From: Felis catus
Taxonomy: Eukaryota
NCBI RefSeq assembly: GCF_018350175.1
Contig: NC_058368.1
Location: 110,610,001-110,674,000 of the forward strand
Direction of reading: 5' to 3'
Length of the DNA: 64,000 nt
The position numbers and the translations under genes were made by a program. How positions within the stretch are numbered: position 1 is the first letter of the stretch; every line of letters begins with the position of its first letter. The notes under the pieces were generated by a model. That model made no database searches. It was not told the origin of the DNA and saw only the letters and a program-made list of their open reading frames with translations. Shown here piece after piece: positions 1 through 11,826 of the stretch.

Positions 1-1459
1 AGGAGGGACTGTCTGACCTAGAGCCAGCCGAGCACCTTGAAGGGGCCACTTCTGGGGAAAGGTGGGGGAATCGGCAGGCCTCGTGAGAAAGGCCGAGCAT
101 CAATGTCCCTGCCCACCCTGCTTGTTTCCAAGTGCAAGGTCGCATAACTTCATTTCACGTTCCCCCTGCCGCTAGGATGCCTGACATCTCCATTCTCTGA
201 AGTGGGCTGGGACTCCACCTCCACCACAAAAGACGGTCCTCTCCTCTTCAGTGGCAGTGTCCACACACTGTGCAGCCATAGAGTCAGTGCAGAAGCAACT
301 TGTGGGCTCCCCCATCTTATCTCCTTCTGCTCCAGAATTTTCTGTGCTTGAGGGTATCTGGGAGCAAGCAGCCATTTCATAGACTAACGATCAAGCCAAG
401 CATCAACTGTTCTTTCTAGACTGTAGTCACAATTTGTCTATAAATAAAATGTGAATTTTAATTAAGTTTGCTCTCCAAGGGGAGAAAAGCACCCAGAGTC
501 AAACAGCATGGATGGAACCCAATGCTTCTTCACAAAGTCTCTTGGATAACATGGAGCTCCCTTCCTTAGGAAGTGTCCACTCCGAGGGGGCCCTGGCCTT
601 GCTCTTGGAGCCTTCGTAGATCTGAGTGGGCATGAAAATGGAGAAGGTCTTTGGCGAGGCTGAGGAAGAGATAAGGAGGGTAACAGATGCTGCAGAGGCC
701 ATGCTTGGCTGCAGGCTGCAGAGATCTTCATCCCGATTGGAACAGTAATTGCTTCATTGGGTCATCGCTTTGAAAAATAATGTGGCAGGGGGAGTAAAGG
801 CAACTGGCTGTGAATTCCAAGCAGGGGCACTCAGAACTGCTCTTCAGAGAGAGGAGTGAGGGCCTTCTAGAGCCAGAGGCCATTTGCCTCAGCAGGAGCA
901 CACTCCAAGAAGGAGTCTCCTCTCCTGATCTGGAATCGGAAGCTACATGTAGCCCTGGGCCAGGCACCTGCTGCTGCTGGCCTGCCAAGCTTCCCTGTAG
1001 GGAAGGAGGCTAAATCCGTCCTAAGTCTGGGAACACTGGATCAAGGCTGGCTGGTACCCAGTCCCTCTCTGGCTGGGCTTTGGCTTCAACCCTCGAAGAA
1101 GAGTCCTGGACTCTTTTGGGGGGACCTCTGCCCCACACTCAGCCTCAGACCTGCTTGGTGACCTTTACTGGGAAGCTCAGCTTCTTATGCTTTGCTGGAG
1201 GTAACCCTGGTCACGCTGACTCGCCCTTGCTAGGATTCCCGGGTGTGGCTAATTAACGATGTAAAGCACTTAGAGACATAACTGCTCTGTGACTGAAACC
1301 CATAAATTACCAGGGATGCAGCCCTGGGTGTTATGAGGCTTCACTTGTGCTTGTTCTCAGTAATAAACAATTATCTTCTCAGACCCACAGCCAAATTCCA
1401 CATCCAAACATCTTCCCCCACAAGGCTGGAGGAGTCATTGACCCTGGCTTCTGGGCTTT

Positions 1460-2368
1460 TCATAAGGTCATGGGCAACAACCAAATGCAGTGCTTGATCT
1501 TTGATTGGACACTAGTCTGAAGAATGTTTGGGGAATATGAATATAGACAAGGTATTAGATCAGGGGACTGTTAATTTTGTTAGGCAAAATAATGGCCAAG
1601 ATGGTTAATCTTATGTGTCCAGTTGACTGGGCCATGGGGTGCTCAGACATTTGCTCAAATCTTATTCTGAGTGTGTCTTTGAGAGTTTTTTGGATGAGAC
1701 TAACACCTGAATAGAGTAAAGCAGATTACCCTCTCTCACATGGGTGGGCCTTGTCTGATCAGTTGAAGGAATGAATAGACTAAAAAGGCTGACACACACA
1801 CCCCCACCCCCACCCCCACCCCCACCCCCGCTAATAAGGGGTAATGCTTCCTGTCTGACTGGAACATTGGACTGAAACATTGGCTCCTTCTTGGTCTTGA
1901 GCCTTCTGGCTTTCAGACCGAAACTATACCATCAGCTCTCCTGAGTCTCCAGCTTGCCAACTGCAACTCTTGAGATTCTCAATCTCCATAACTGCATGAT
2001 CCACTTCCTTACGATAAATCTCCTTCTGTGCATCTACATACCTTCTGTTGGTTCTGTTTCTCTGTAGAACCTTAACTAACACAATGGCATTATGGTTATA
2101 TATGAGTATCTCCTCAGTTTTTGGAGGTGCAAATTGAAATCGTTATGGGTGAAATGTAGGGATATCTGTAATTTATTTTTAAACACTTCAGAAATAAAGA
2201 GAAGATGCAACTATGTCAGAATGTAAACAGTAGTTAAAGATAGGTGGTAGGCCTAAGGGTGTCTGTTATACTAGTATAACATACGCTATACTATATATGT
2301 TCATTATACTATTCCCTCTACTTTTCTGTATGTGTATTTCTATAACGTAAAGTTTCAAAATAAATAAG
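1460..2368 (+). mobile_element. Old L1M (L1MC/ME-like) 3' UTR split by an MLT2 LTR
   Basis: L1M 3' UTR-like motifs on both sides of the LTR, ending in ttcaaaataaataa. Confidence 0.6.
1597..2083 (+). mobile_element. MLT2 (ERV-L) solo LTR
   Basis: gatggttaatcttatgtgtccagttgactgggcc.. to ..ggttctgtttctctgtagaaccttaactaacaca; 5-bp TSD atggc at 1592-1596 and 2084-2088. Confidence 0.88.
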
Positions 2369-5150
2369 CAATCCATGGCGATTTCTGCAACCGGCTCGGC
2401 AAGGGCACAATTCTCCCTCATAAGCAAAAGACTGAGGAAAATGAGCAAGTCTCTAAGAAAGCCGAGCCTGGCAGGGGCCCGAACAAAATCCATCAAGCAT
2501 TAGGAATAGAGGTGGTCTCTCTGGCCGGAGGGTTTTGGGGGTGCTTACGGGGACTGGGGAGCTAAGTGGGCTGTTCGTTATACTTCTTGTTGGTAGTTAT
2601 ATGTTTGTCTCTGTGCTCACTTCTTCAGAATCTACTCTTGCCCAAGACTATGACCTCCATGCTGGCAAAGCCCTATCTGTCCTAGGCAACACTGTGTCCA
2701 CAAGGCCCTGGGCAGAACTTGGCCTGTCCCACGTGTTCAGAGAGTGAACGCATGAGTGAATGAACACTGCCGATGGGACAATGAGCAACTGTCTGCACCA
2801 TGAGGCTGCCCAAGGGGAGAAGTATCCCCTACATGTGTGTCCACTCTGCCTGGAACTAAATTTTATTTCCAACCTGAACGTCCTATGTTTGCTCTTTAAT
2901 TCAATATTTACTGTGTTCCACCAAGGGACCTCAAGAGGCCTGTAATTTTCCTTCTCCAACAAAGCAAACTCTTAACTTGTCTTAAATGACCTCATTTGCT
3001 TCACAGTGGTCCCATCCGGGTGCCCCACACATTCCTCCACTTCTATGCCCCCCCGGAAGCAGTGGCCTGATGTTGTACCCCTCCATGTCTTCAGAGAAAA
3101 TACAGGGGATTTCCCTGGCATTGACTAAGGGGCGAGGGTGAGCAAGCATGTCTGGAGCTCCTCCAGGGGCCCCTGCTGCTGCCAGGTCTCCTCCAGGAGA
3201 CATTAGACCCGACCATGAGCTGCTCATCTGCTTTCTCATCCCCTAGAAAGCAAATGTTGGAACATTGATATGTTTGGGAATCATTTTTTACTTTAATTAG
3301 AAAACTCAGATTCAAACAACATCAAACATTAACGAGACTTGCAGTGGGGCTGTTTACAAAGAAACTTATTTAATTAAAGAGTGGCTGAGCCCTCTCTGCA
3401 CCACCTGGCTGTTGTCCCCAACCCCTCTGGGCTGGTCAGTGAGGAAACCACACCGCAACCACATTGAGCAGGGCCAGCCTCCAGACCATCCCCTGCCGAT
3501 GGCTTTGCCACTGGGCCAGGGACTTAAAAGCCTCTTTCCACCCTGACAATGGACTTTCTTTGCTGTCCATTTATCCTCATATTGATTTTGCTATAAACCC
3601 ACACGGCACTCCCCTCCCAGGCCAGATGGAGAAACCTCCATTGATTATATTGGAAGAAGGTTTGTTGTAAAAAAAAAGCGAAATGTCTAAAACATTGAAA
3701 TGAAGTAAGCTTTTTGAGGGTCCATAAATCACCCAGGGTAATGCTGCAAATGAACAGGGCTTCTTAAACACCCGGAAAATACGACACCGTAAAGTAGTTC
3801 TGACAAGAAATCACAGCCCCTCTCTCTCTGTAGCTGCTGTTTGAAAAGCACCATCAATAATGGTCACTGCTGTTTGGTAAGCAAAAGAGGGAAGTTGTGT
3901 CAGCCTCCTTTAGAAAGTTCCCTCAAAGTCACTTTGTCCCAATGGCAGTGTGGTGTTTTTCACGCAGTAAATACATCCCAATTATGAGCATGTCATGTTA
4001 GCTTTTACAGTTCACTAATCACAAACTTTTTTGTATGTCATTGCCAACCAGCATCTTTTCCTAATCGGAATTTATGGTTCTGTTTGGCCGTTAGTGGAGA
4101 TCAGGCGGGTCATAGCAGTGTCACTATTTCAGAGCTGGGCACAAGGTCATTTCCCCCTGACCTCCTCTAGTCTAAAGGCCCACGTTCTGCATACCCTAGG
4201 GGTGGGGTGGGGGGGGAGGCTTCTGCAGAAAACACTCCTCTGCAGTTCCCTCATGCCCATGGCCCGGACCACAAGGCTGGACACAGGTGCCCCGACCTGG
4301 TTCAGTTTGGAAGACCCACCTTCTCAAAAGCCCCAAAACACTCAGGGGACGAAAACACTCAGCAGAGCCTGAGGTCACACACGACTCTACCTGAAATTAA
4401 CCCTGACTCTTCTGAGAGAAACATGGCGCTCACAAGAGCCATCCCTCCCCTGAGTCAGACCAGACAATCACCGGGATGGGTTGGCTACAAGCCCGCCTTC
4501 TCAACCCTTTGGGGCTTGGCACCACACCCTCCGGCAGACCCCCTCACCACATTAGATCAGGTGCACCGAGCCACCGAGCCCCACCACACCAGCTTTCCAT
4601 CAGACGCCTTCTAGCCCTCCGGCCCCCACCTAGCTTTGCTGTGGGACCCCAAACCTGTGCCATGGGAGCTGCTACCAGTGGCTCCAGATCAGCACATTGG
4701 CATCACCTTAGTTTTGTCCCCTAGGCCACAACCCTTCTGTGTTGCCTCTCCATTTATGTGGCCCTGCGCGCATAGACCAGGGAATCAGAGATGCAGTCAG
4801 CCACTCGGCCTTCTGCACTGGGGGGGGCTGTCGGGCTGGGCCGTCAGCTACCTGATAGAGGTGGCCCCTCAGATGCCTGGACGCAGGGCCCAGAGCAGGC
4901 CGTCCCTCTATCTGGGGGTACTCTGTCAGCCATTCTGCTGGCCATGGCAAACACCACAGAGCCACAGCCACAGCACCAGCCACCAGGATCATGGGGGCAG
5001 AGCTGAGTCAAGACCTTAGAGGATCTGAGCAGTGATTTCAGGTAAAAACAATACTATAGTGGAAACATACGGAGGTCTGACACCGTTGCGATTTCCTCTA
5101 TGTTAACTACCTTGATGCTTTTTCAGGCAAATTTTGTTTCCTTGGTGCCA

Positions 5151-5622
5151 GTGTGACCTTCCTGGGCCTGCCTTCACAAAACACCCAAACTGGGTAGCTT
5201 AAAACGACAGAAATTTCTTCTCTCACAGTCCTGGAATCCAGACGTCCAAAATCAAGTTGTTCACAGGGCCAGACTTCCTCTGAAAGCTCTAGGAGAGAAT
5301 TCCTTGTCCCTTCCATCTTCTGGTGACTCTAGGCACTCCTTGGATTGCAGCTGCAGGCACTAATTTCTGGATAACCGTAGATTCTGGTAACATCTTTACA
5401 TGGCCTTCTCCTCAGTGTCTGTACCTGCCTTCTCTCTCATAACAATCCAAATCATTGGATTTAGGACCTGGGTCGTCCTGGGTAGACCTGGATAGATGCT
5501 CTCCTCATAAGATCTTCAACTTAATTATATCTACAAAGATCCTTTTTTCCAAAAAGGTCGTATTCACAGGTCTGATAATATGAATATGGAAATATCTTCT
5601 GGGGGGCACTGCTCAACCCACT
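5151..5622 (-). mobile_element. MLT1 (ERVL-MaLR) LTR
   Basis: ..aaactgggtagcttaaaacgacagaaatttcttctctcacagtcctggaatccagacgtccaaaatcaag.. is the reverse complement of the MLT1 3' end. Confidence 0.8.
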
Positions 5623-5979
5623 CAGTACCTTGGTTTATGGGTAACCGAGCTCATGCTTAGCATTCTAGTTGGTCATTTGTTACTGCCCAAAGGTCATCTC
5701 CATTTGTCACAACTATCATCACCACAGATATCACCTTCAAATAGTGATTTAAGATCTATATTACAGATCTCTCTGAGAGGCCCATTCTATAAGAAATAGG
5801 TATATTCTCTATATCCAGCTTGTGAGGAGACCAAAGGGGAAAAAAACTAGGGCTTCTTGGAAAAGCAGCTAGCTAGTTCTGAGCAAAGAGAGTACAAAGT
5901 GAACCTGGAAGCTCTTGGACCAGAAAGCAAGGGACTTATCAAAGGCTTAATGGGGTCATGTTTCAAAGACACAAGAACC

Positions 5980-6216
5980 GGGGTTACTGGGTTGGTGGCT
6001 CAGTCAGTTAGGTGGCTGACTCTTGATTTTGGCTCGGTCATGATCTCACAGTCATGGGAATGAAGCACTTGTCAGGCTCTACACTCAGCCTGGAGCCTAC
6101 TTAAGATTCTCTCTCTCCCTGTCTCTGCCCCTCTCCCATGCATGTGCTTGCTCTCTCTCTCTCTCTCTCTCGCTCTCTCTCTCTCTCAAAATAATATATA
6201 TAAACATTTTAAAAAA
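5980..6216 (+). mobile_element. Can-SINE (SINEC)
   Basis: tRNA-like head ggtggctcagtcagtt, CT tract, A-rich tail; flanks aaagacaca. Confidence 0.88.
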
Positions 6217-6260
6217 GACACAGAATTTGGGACAAAGTTAGCATCAAAAAGAATAATGAT

Positions 6261-6349
6261 GGGGTGCCTGTCTGGCTCAGTCAGTAGAGCATGCAACTAT
6301 TGATCTCCTGGTCAGAAGTTTGAGCCCCATGCTGGGCAGAGAGGTTACT
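6261..6349 (+). mobile_element. Short old-type Can-SINE
   Basis: ggggtgcctgtctggctcagtcagtagagcatgcaact..gagccccatgctgggcagagaggttact; no CT tract. Confidence 0.8.
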
Positions 6350-6350
6350 G

Positions 6351-6492
6351 ATGAAGAAGAAGAAGAAGAAGGAGAAGGAGAAGGAGAAGGAGAAGAAGAA
6401 GAAGAAGAAGAAGAAGAAGAAGAAGAAGAAGAGGAGAAGGAAGAAGAAGAGGAGGAGGGGGGAGAAGGAGGAAAGAGGAAGGAGAAGAAGAA
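6351..6492 (+). repeat. (GAA)n/(GGAGAA)n polypurine tract
   Basis: Direct read; ~140 nt purine tract. Confidence 0.95.
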
Positions 6493-6697
6493 TGATAATT
6501 GTGGAGATTCTAGTACATTTAATGGGGGAGGCGGTGGGGGGAATCTATGAGTCCACAGTGATACTCCAAAAAAGAGGGCCAGGGAAGGAAGAAAGGAGAG
6601 AAAAAAAGAAAAATCTCTCATAAGAGAATCCCAACTAATAAATGTAGAAGAGACGACAGAACTAGAAATGTTAGGTCAGTTAAGAATCATGAAAACT

Positions 6698-6886
6698 GGG
6701 GCGCCTGGGTGGCGCAGTCGGTTAAGCATCCGACTTCAGCCAGGTCACGATCTCGCGGTCTGTGAGTTCGAGCCCCACGTCAGGCTCTGGGCTGATGGCT
6801 CAGAGCCTGGAGCCTGTTTCCGATTCTGTGTCTCCCTCTCTCTCTGCCCCTCCCCCGTTCATCCTCTGTCTCTCTCTGTCCCAAAA
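6698..6886 (+). mobile_element. Young SINEC_Fc-type SINE lacking its poly(A) tail
   Basis: CpG-rich ggggcgcctgggtggcgcagtcggttaagc..; stops at tcccaaaaa. Confidence 0.92.
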
Positions 6887-9457
6887 ATTTTGCAGCCTCA
6901 ATGCCCAGTGAGACTCTGAATTAGATCTGTGCTCTTGAGAATCCCATGCATCTAGGAGTCAAGTGTCACAAGTGTCCCAGCCCATTTCTGGACGATTTGG
7001 TAAAAGTAAATGGTGTCTGTATATAAAGGGAGAAAAGTGGAGTGGGTAAGGCAACCCATTAACAGGAGAACACAGTTCTTCCAACTTTTCTATGGGGTTA
7101 ACATCTTCCAAAAAAAAAAAAGGAAGAAATGTTTTAAAAGAAAAGAAAGCACGGGATCACCTGGTTCAAACCCATTAGATATGTGGTTTACATGTTGTAT
7201 GACTTTGAGCAACTTCCTTTGCATCCTTTGCCCTCTGCACGATGGAATGACCTGGTTTCAATCTCCTGACCTCTTCGAGAAGATTAGAGGCTAAGGACTA
7301 TGAAGAATTCATAGGGCTGTTAATATTAGCAAGACAACCACACAGAACCAGAAAGTCAGGGGGGACCAGCCCTCCGGTTGCCCATGGCAGGACAAGTCCA
7401 CGAGGGCTGGACTGACTGGAGAAGGTGCTCTGGAGGAATAGGGATGGGCACTACCAGCACTGAGGAGAGGGATCCCAGGGGAGGGATTTCCAGCAGCCGC
7501 TGCCCCTGTCTGACCAACCTGTGAACTTGGTGTGAGTGACAAGGGAGATCCATGTATTCCTCTAAAGCCAAGGCTATACTGGGAAAAAGTGAATGAACGG
7601 GGGGGTGGAATCTATCTGGAACCAGTAACTGGAGCAAGAGTAAGGCCCAGGGTAAGGGCTTCATCAGAGGTGGGGTCCAAACAGGTCTGTAACCAGAGCT
7701 GGGGCTCATCCTGGGGTCGGGTGCAGGCAGGAGCCAGTCAGTGGTTAGACCTGGGACCCAGGTATGGTCTGGAACAGTACTAAGTCACAGGCCCACAGCA
7801 GGGATGCACTTGCAGCTTTAACCTCCCTGCACAGCACTGGGTCCCAGCGGGCAGAGCTGTGACTCAGCAGCCCCTGGCTCGCTCCAGCACTTCCTACAGG
7901 GCCACAAAACTGCTTCAGGACTGACAGGTTTTCCTTACCAGGTCTAGATGCTTAGGCAACTCATTCAGGGGCTAGAAGTATTGGTTATCTCTGGTCTTCA
8001 ATGCAAAGAAGTTATTCTTTGCAGCACGGTTTTCCTTAAAAAGGCACAAAGCACAAGTCCTATTCTGGACCAGGAGAGAAGGTATGGGGGGGGAGGGTGG
8101 TTGGAACTGGAGCACTTACAGCAGCTCCCCCACTGCCCACCCTGTCCTCTCCTCCCAGGGCCGCCTCACCTCATCTTGGGCTTTTCTCCTCCTCTGCCCT
8201 CTTGGGCACAGGCTCTCCTCTACCTGTGGGGCATAGAGACAGCCATCTGTCCCTCTTGAGCCTCTGAGAGGCCCAGGTGCAGACTGTGTGAGGTCTGGGT
8301 CAGGAGTGACACTAGGTACAAGAGTGGGATGTGGCTGTCCTCAGGTGCAGTTTTTTCTGCCTCTTTTAATACTATCTCAGGGCTTAAGACTGGTTCTGCC
8401 TCGTTCAGCCCTCAGGGCATGCAGAGCTCTTGAGTTTGGTAATTACTGCAATCTTCCCAGCCTCAGACGAAGGGAGCTGTTGCTACGTGAAATGGGCTCT
8501 GGATGGTGATCATTTGTGACTTGTATTAATATTTACAACAATAACATTTTTCATGGGTAGAGTTTTAGGGGGTTTTTGTCACTGCAGGAAATGAAATGCA
8601 AATTAACAACTGTAAAGATTATAACATAATGAAATAGGACATAAATGATGAAGAACTAATGAATTAAGTAGCTTCAAAGCATGGAGGGAAAATGTCCCTC
8701 AAAAGCAAACATGTGGACACAGCAAGAGATTGCCAGTATGGGGAGGGGGCTGCAAGGGCCCAGGCCTGGACTGGGCCCTCTGGGCCTTCCCAGGGGCTGG
8801 TCCCTTTCAACCCTTGCTCTGACTCAGTGGCTTTCCATGGTCCACCCACGTGCTGCAGACAAAACAGAAACAAAACAAAAGCAAAAAAACAAAAAACAAA
8901 AACAGGAGTTCTCCTTGACTCCATCTCCCCCCCAACCCTTCAGGTCAATATGTCACGACTCCAAGATTTCTACTTCTCTTGAACCCATCACTCTGCCTAT
9001 TCCTGAGTTTAGGAGCTCACCGGCCTGGGAGCCTCAGCTTCTCAAGTTCACCTCTGTCACAGCCCTTGGGGCGGAAACTACTGGTATGGTCCTGTCATCT
9101 GCTTCTCTAAAAATAAATAAGTAAATAAAGCAAATAATAATAAAAATAATAAACATTATAAAGTGAATAAAAAAATAAAGAATAATGCATTTTAAAAATA
9201 ATTTTTAAAAGCCAATAATGAACCACCAAACAAACAAAAAATCCTCCTCAATCATTCTCCATGACTTTCTCTTCATTCTCCCTTTGCTCAGTCCCAAATA
9301 AAGGTTGACTACTGTAATATGTCCCTGTGGAAAGAGGAGCAATGCCACATGGGACAGGGGTTCAACTTGGGGGAGGGGGGAGCCTCAAAATAGGGGGGGA
9401 GGGTGAGGTGGTTTTCCACATGAATGATATCAGAATAGGGGCACACCTCACTGCTTT

Positions 9458-9785
9458 GGTCAGAAGTCTTTGGTTGCAAATGACAGAAATCCAGTTCAAA
9501 CTGACTTCAGCAAAACTGGGAAACTATAACTCCAGGATTTTCTATCAGATGATGTCTATCAGAACTGTTTCCTTCTTTGTCTGTGATTTTGATGCTGCGC
9601 TGGCTATTCACTCCAGTGGCTAAAACGGCTACCAACAACTCCAGTCAGATCCCCCAACTAAGCACCATGAAGTGGAAGAAAGCTTCGTATTCCTTAGGAT
9701 TCCAATAAAAGCCATGAATATACTCTATTTAGACTCACGTGGGTCATGTGCCTGAACCGAGCACTGTTGCCCGAGGAATGAAAAA
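9458..9785 (-). mobile_element. Old MLT1J/K-like LTR fragment
   Basis: ttggttgcaaatgacagaaatccagttcaaactgacttcagcaaaa..gactcacgtgggtcatgtgcctgaacc. Confidence 0.55.
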
Positions 9786-9789
9786 CACA

Positions 9790-11113
9790 ACTCTTAGCTT
9801 CCAGCAAGCACATCCTCCTGGTTTTCTCCCCCTTCTCCCCCACTGTTTTTTTTAATGTTTATTTATTTTTGACAGAGAGAGAGACAGAGCATGAGCGGGT
9901 GGAGGGGAAGAGAGAGAGGGAAACACAGAATCCGAAGCAGGCTCCAGGCCCTGAGATGTCAGCACAGAGCCTGACGCGAGGCTCGAACCCACAGACCACA
10001 GGATCACGACCTGAGATGAAGTCATACGCTCAACTGACTGAGCCACCCAGGCGCCCCCTCCCCCGCTGTTTAATACTGACCAGCTCAGGATACTCACAAG
10101 TTCTGGGCATCTTCTCTTTGGCGACAATCACCCACTTGTGGTATCTTCTAGTCTCATGACCTTCAATGCCCTCCCTGTGCTGACCTTCTCCACTGTATGT
10201 CTCCAGCCCAGGCTCACCCCTGAGCTCTGGGATCACTTGCCAGCCTCACTTGGATTTCAAATGGATGCTGAAAACCTTAATTGCCCAGATGGAAATCCTG
10301 TCTTTTTGCCGCAAGCCTGTTCTTCCTACATCCATCTACCTCTCAGGTAGTGGAAATCCATCCTTCCATTTGCTTATGCCAAAAGCATCCTCACTTCCTC
10401 TCTCTCATTCCACATCCAAATGGTCGGCAAATATTTCAAATTCTGACTCCTTCAACTACCTCTCGCTGGTCCAGGCCTCCCGCTGCCATCTCTCACCTGG
10501 ACTGCACTACAGCAGCCTTCCAATATGCCTCCCTGCTTCCACCTTTGTCCCCTACTGCCCACTCTCAGCAGAGTGCTCCTGTCAAACACAGTGAGGTATC
10601 ATCTCTTGTCTGCTCAGAGCCCCCCAGCACCTTCCCATCTCCCCCTGAGTAAAACCAAAATCCTCCCCCATCCCCACCTCCAAATCCTTTCTCCCTCGCC
10701 TCCACTCACTGCAGATGCCAGGCCATTCTTCAAAAGCACCCACGTGCTCCTGCCCCAGGGACATTGCACCTCCTGTGCCCTCTGTCAGTTGCTCTCCACC
10801 AGACTTCTGCAGGGCTCTTCTCTCGCTTCCTGCAAGTCTTCACTCAAATGTCCCCTTCTCTGACTGTCATCACAATTCAGTTCCCTCTTCATTACACCCC
10901 ATTCCCCCTGCTCACCTTTATTTTTCTCCCAACCATCCCTACTCTTCTAACACAGTCGATGTTTCACTTACTGATTTTGTTTATTGTCTTTCTTCCTCCA
11001 CAAGAATGCTTACCCCAAAGAGGCAAGGACGTTTGCCTATTTTCTTCACTGCTGTATCCCCAGCCCCTAAAGAGCAAGTGCCACATAGTAGGTGCTCAGC
11101 AGGCATTTGCTGA
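9790..11113 (+). mobile_element. L2 LINE 3' portion with nested SINE
   Basis: Pyrimidine-rich L2 body ending ttcactgctgtatccccagc..cacatagtaggtgctcagcaggcatttgctga. Confidence 0.8.
9846..10057 (-). mobile_element. SINEC_Fc-type SINE
   Basis: T-rich tail, GA tract, ends tgagccacccaggcgcccc. Confidence 0.92.
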
Positions 11114-11479
11114 GGTGGCCAGGCCAGGGCTAATGCACTCTGGGAGGTGAAATTGGAGGTGGGGGGGGGGGGGGGAACCATGCAGACTGAGAATGGAGGG
11201 GAGGAGGTTCCCCGAGGCAGGCCTGCTCTGAACCAGACACAGAGTGGGCCCCCATCATCAGAGTGGACAATCCCCCATTCCCACCCTCAAGGTGCCCCTC
11301 CCCATCCTGGTGCTCCTTGGAATTCTCTGTGGCTTGCAATTCCCTGACCAAGACCCACGGGTGCAAGGCAAGGAGTTTGGAGTTTGGGGCTAGAAAACGT
11401 GGCCTGTGTGACCTGGAAGACATAGACCTCTTCCATCTGCCAGCTGCACTTTCCTGTCACCTCAGATAACTCAGACTAC

Positions 11480-11826
11480 TGTCCCAGAATACCACAGACT
11501 CAGAGACTTAATCAGCAGACACTTCTCACAGCTCTGGAGGCTAAAAGTCTGAGATCAGTCTGCCAGCATGGTCAGGGTCTCATGGGGCTGTCTTCCTGGT
11601 TTACAGATGAATCCTTCTCACTGTGTCCTCACCTGGTAGACAGAGGAAGCTGTGTTGTCTCTTTCTCTTCTTACAAGGGCACTGATCTTATTGTGGGGGC
11701 CCCACTCTCTGGGCCTCATCTAAACCTAATTACCTCCCAAAGGCCCCACCTCCAAATACTATCACATTGCAGGGTGAGGGCTTCAATATGCGAGTTTGGG
11801 GAAACACAGACTTCCAGTCCATAACA
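11480..11826 (-). mobile_element. MLT1A-like MaLR LTR
   Basis: aataccacagact..ttctcacagctctggaggctaaaagtctgagatcag..ctaattacctcccaaaggccccacctccaaatac..cagtccataaca. Confidence 0.82.

Noticed and set aside
150..1013. Several short overlapping ORFs at the left edge
   Set aside because: No recognisable protein, no consistent frame or splice structure; expected by chance in GC-rich DNA.
6277..6623. Poly-E, poly-K and poly-S ORFs (also 36307-36747)
   Set aside because: Translations of GAA/GGA simple repeats.
6698..6790. tRNA-like A/B boxes at SINE heads
   Set aside because: tRNA-derived SINE promoters; no complete cloverleaf.
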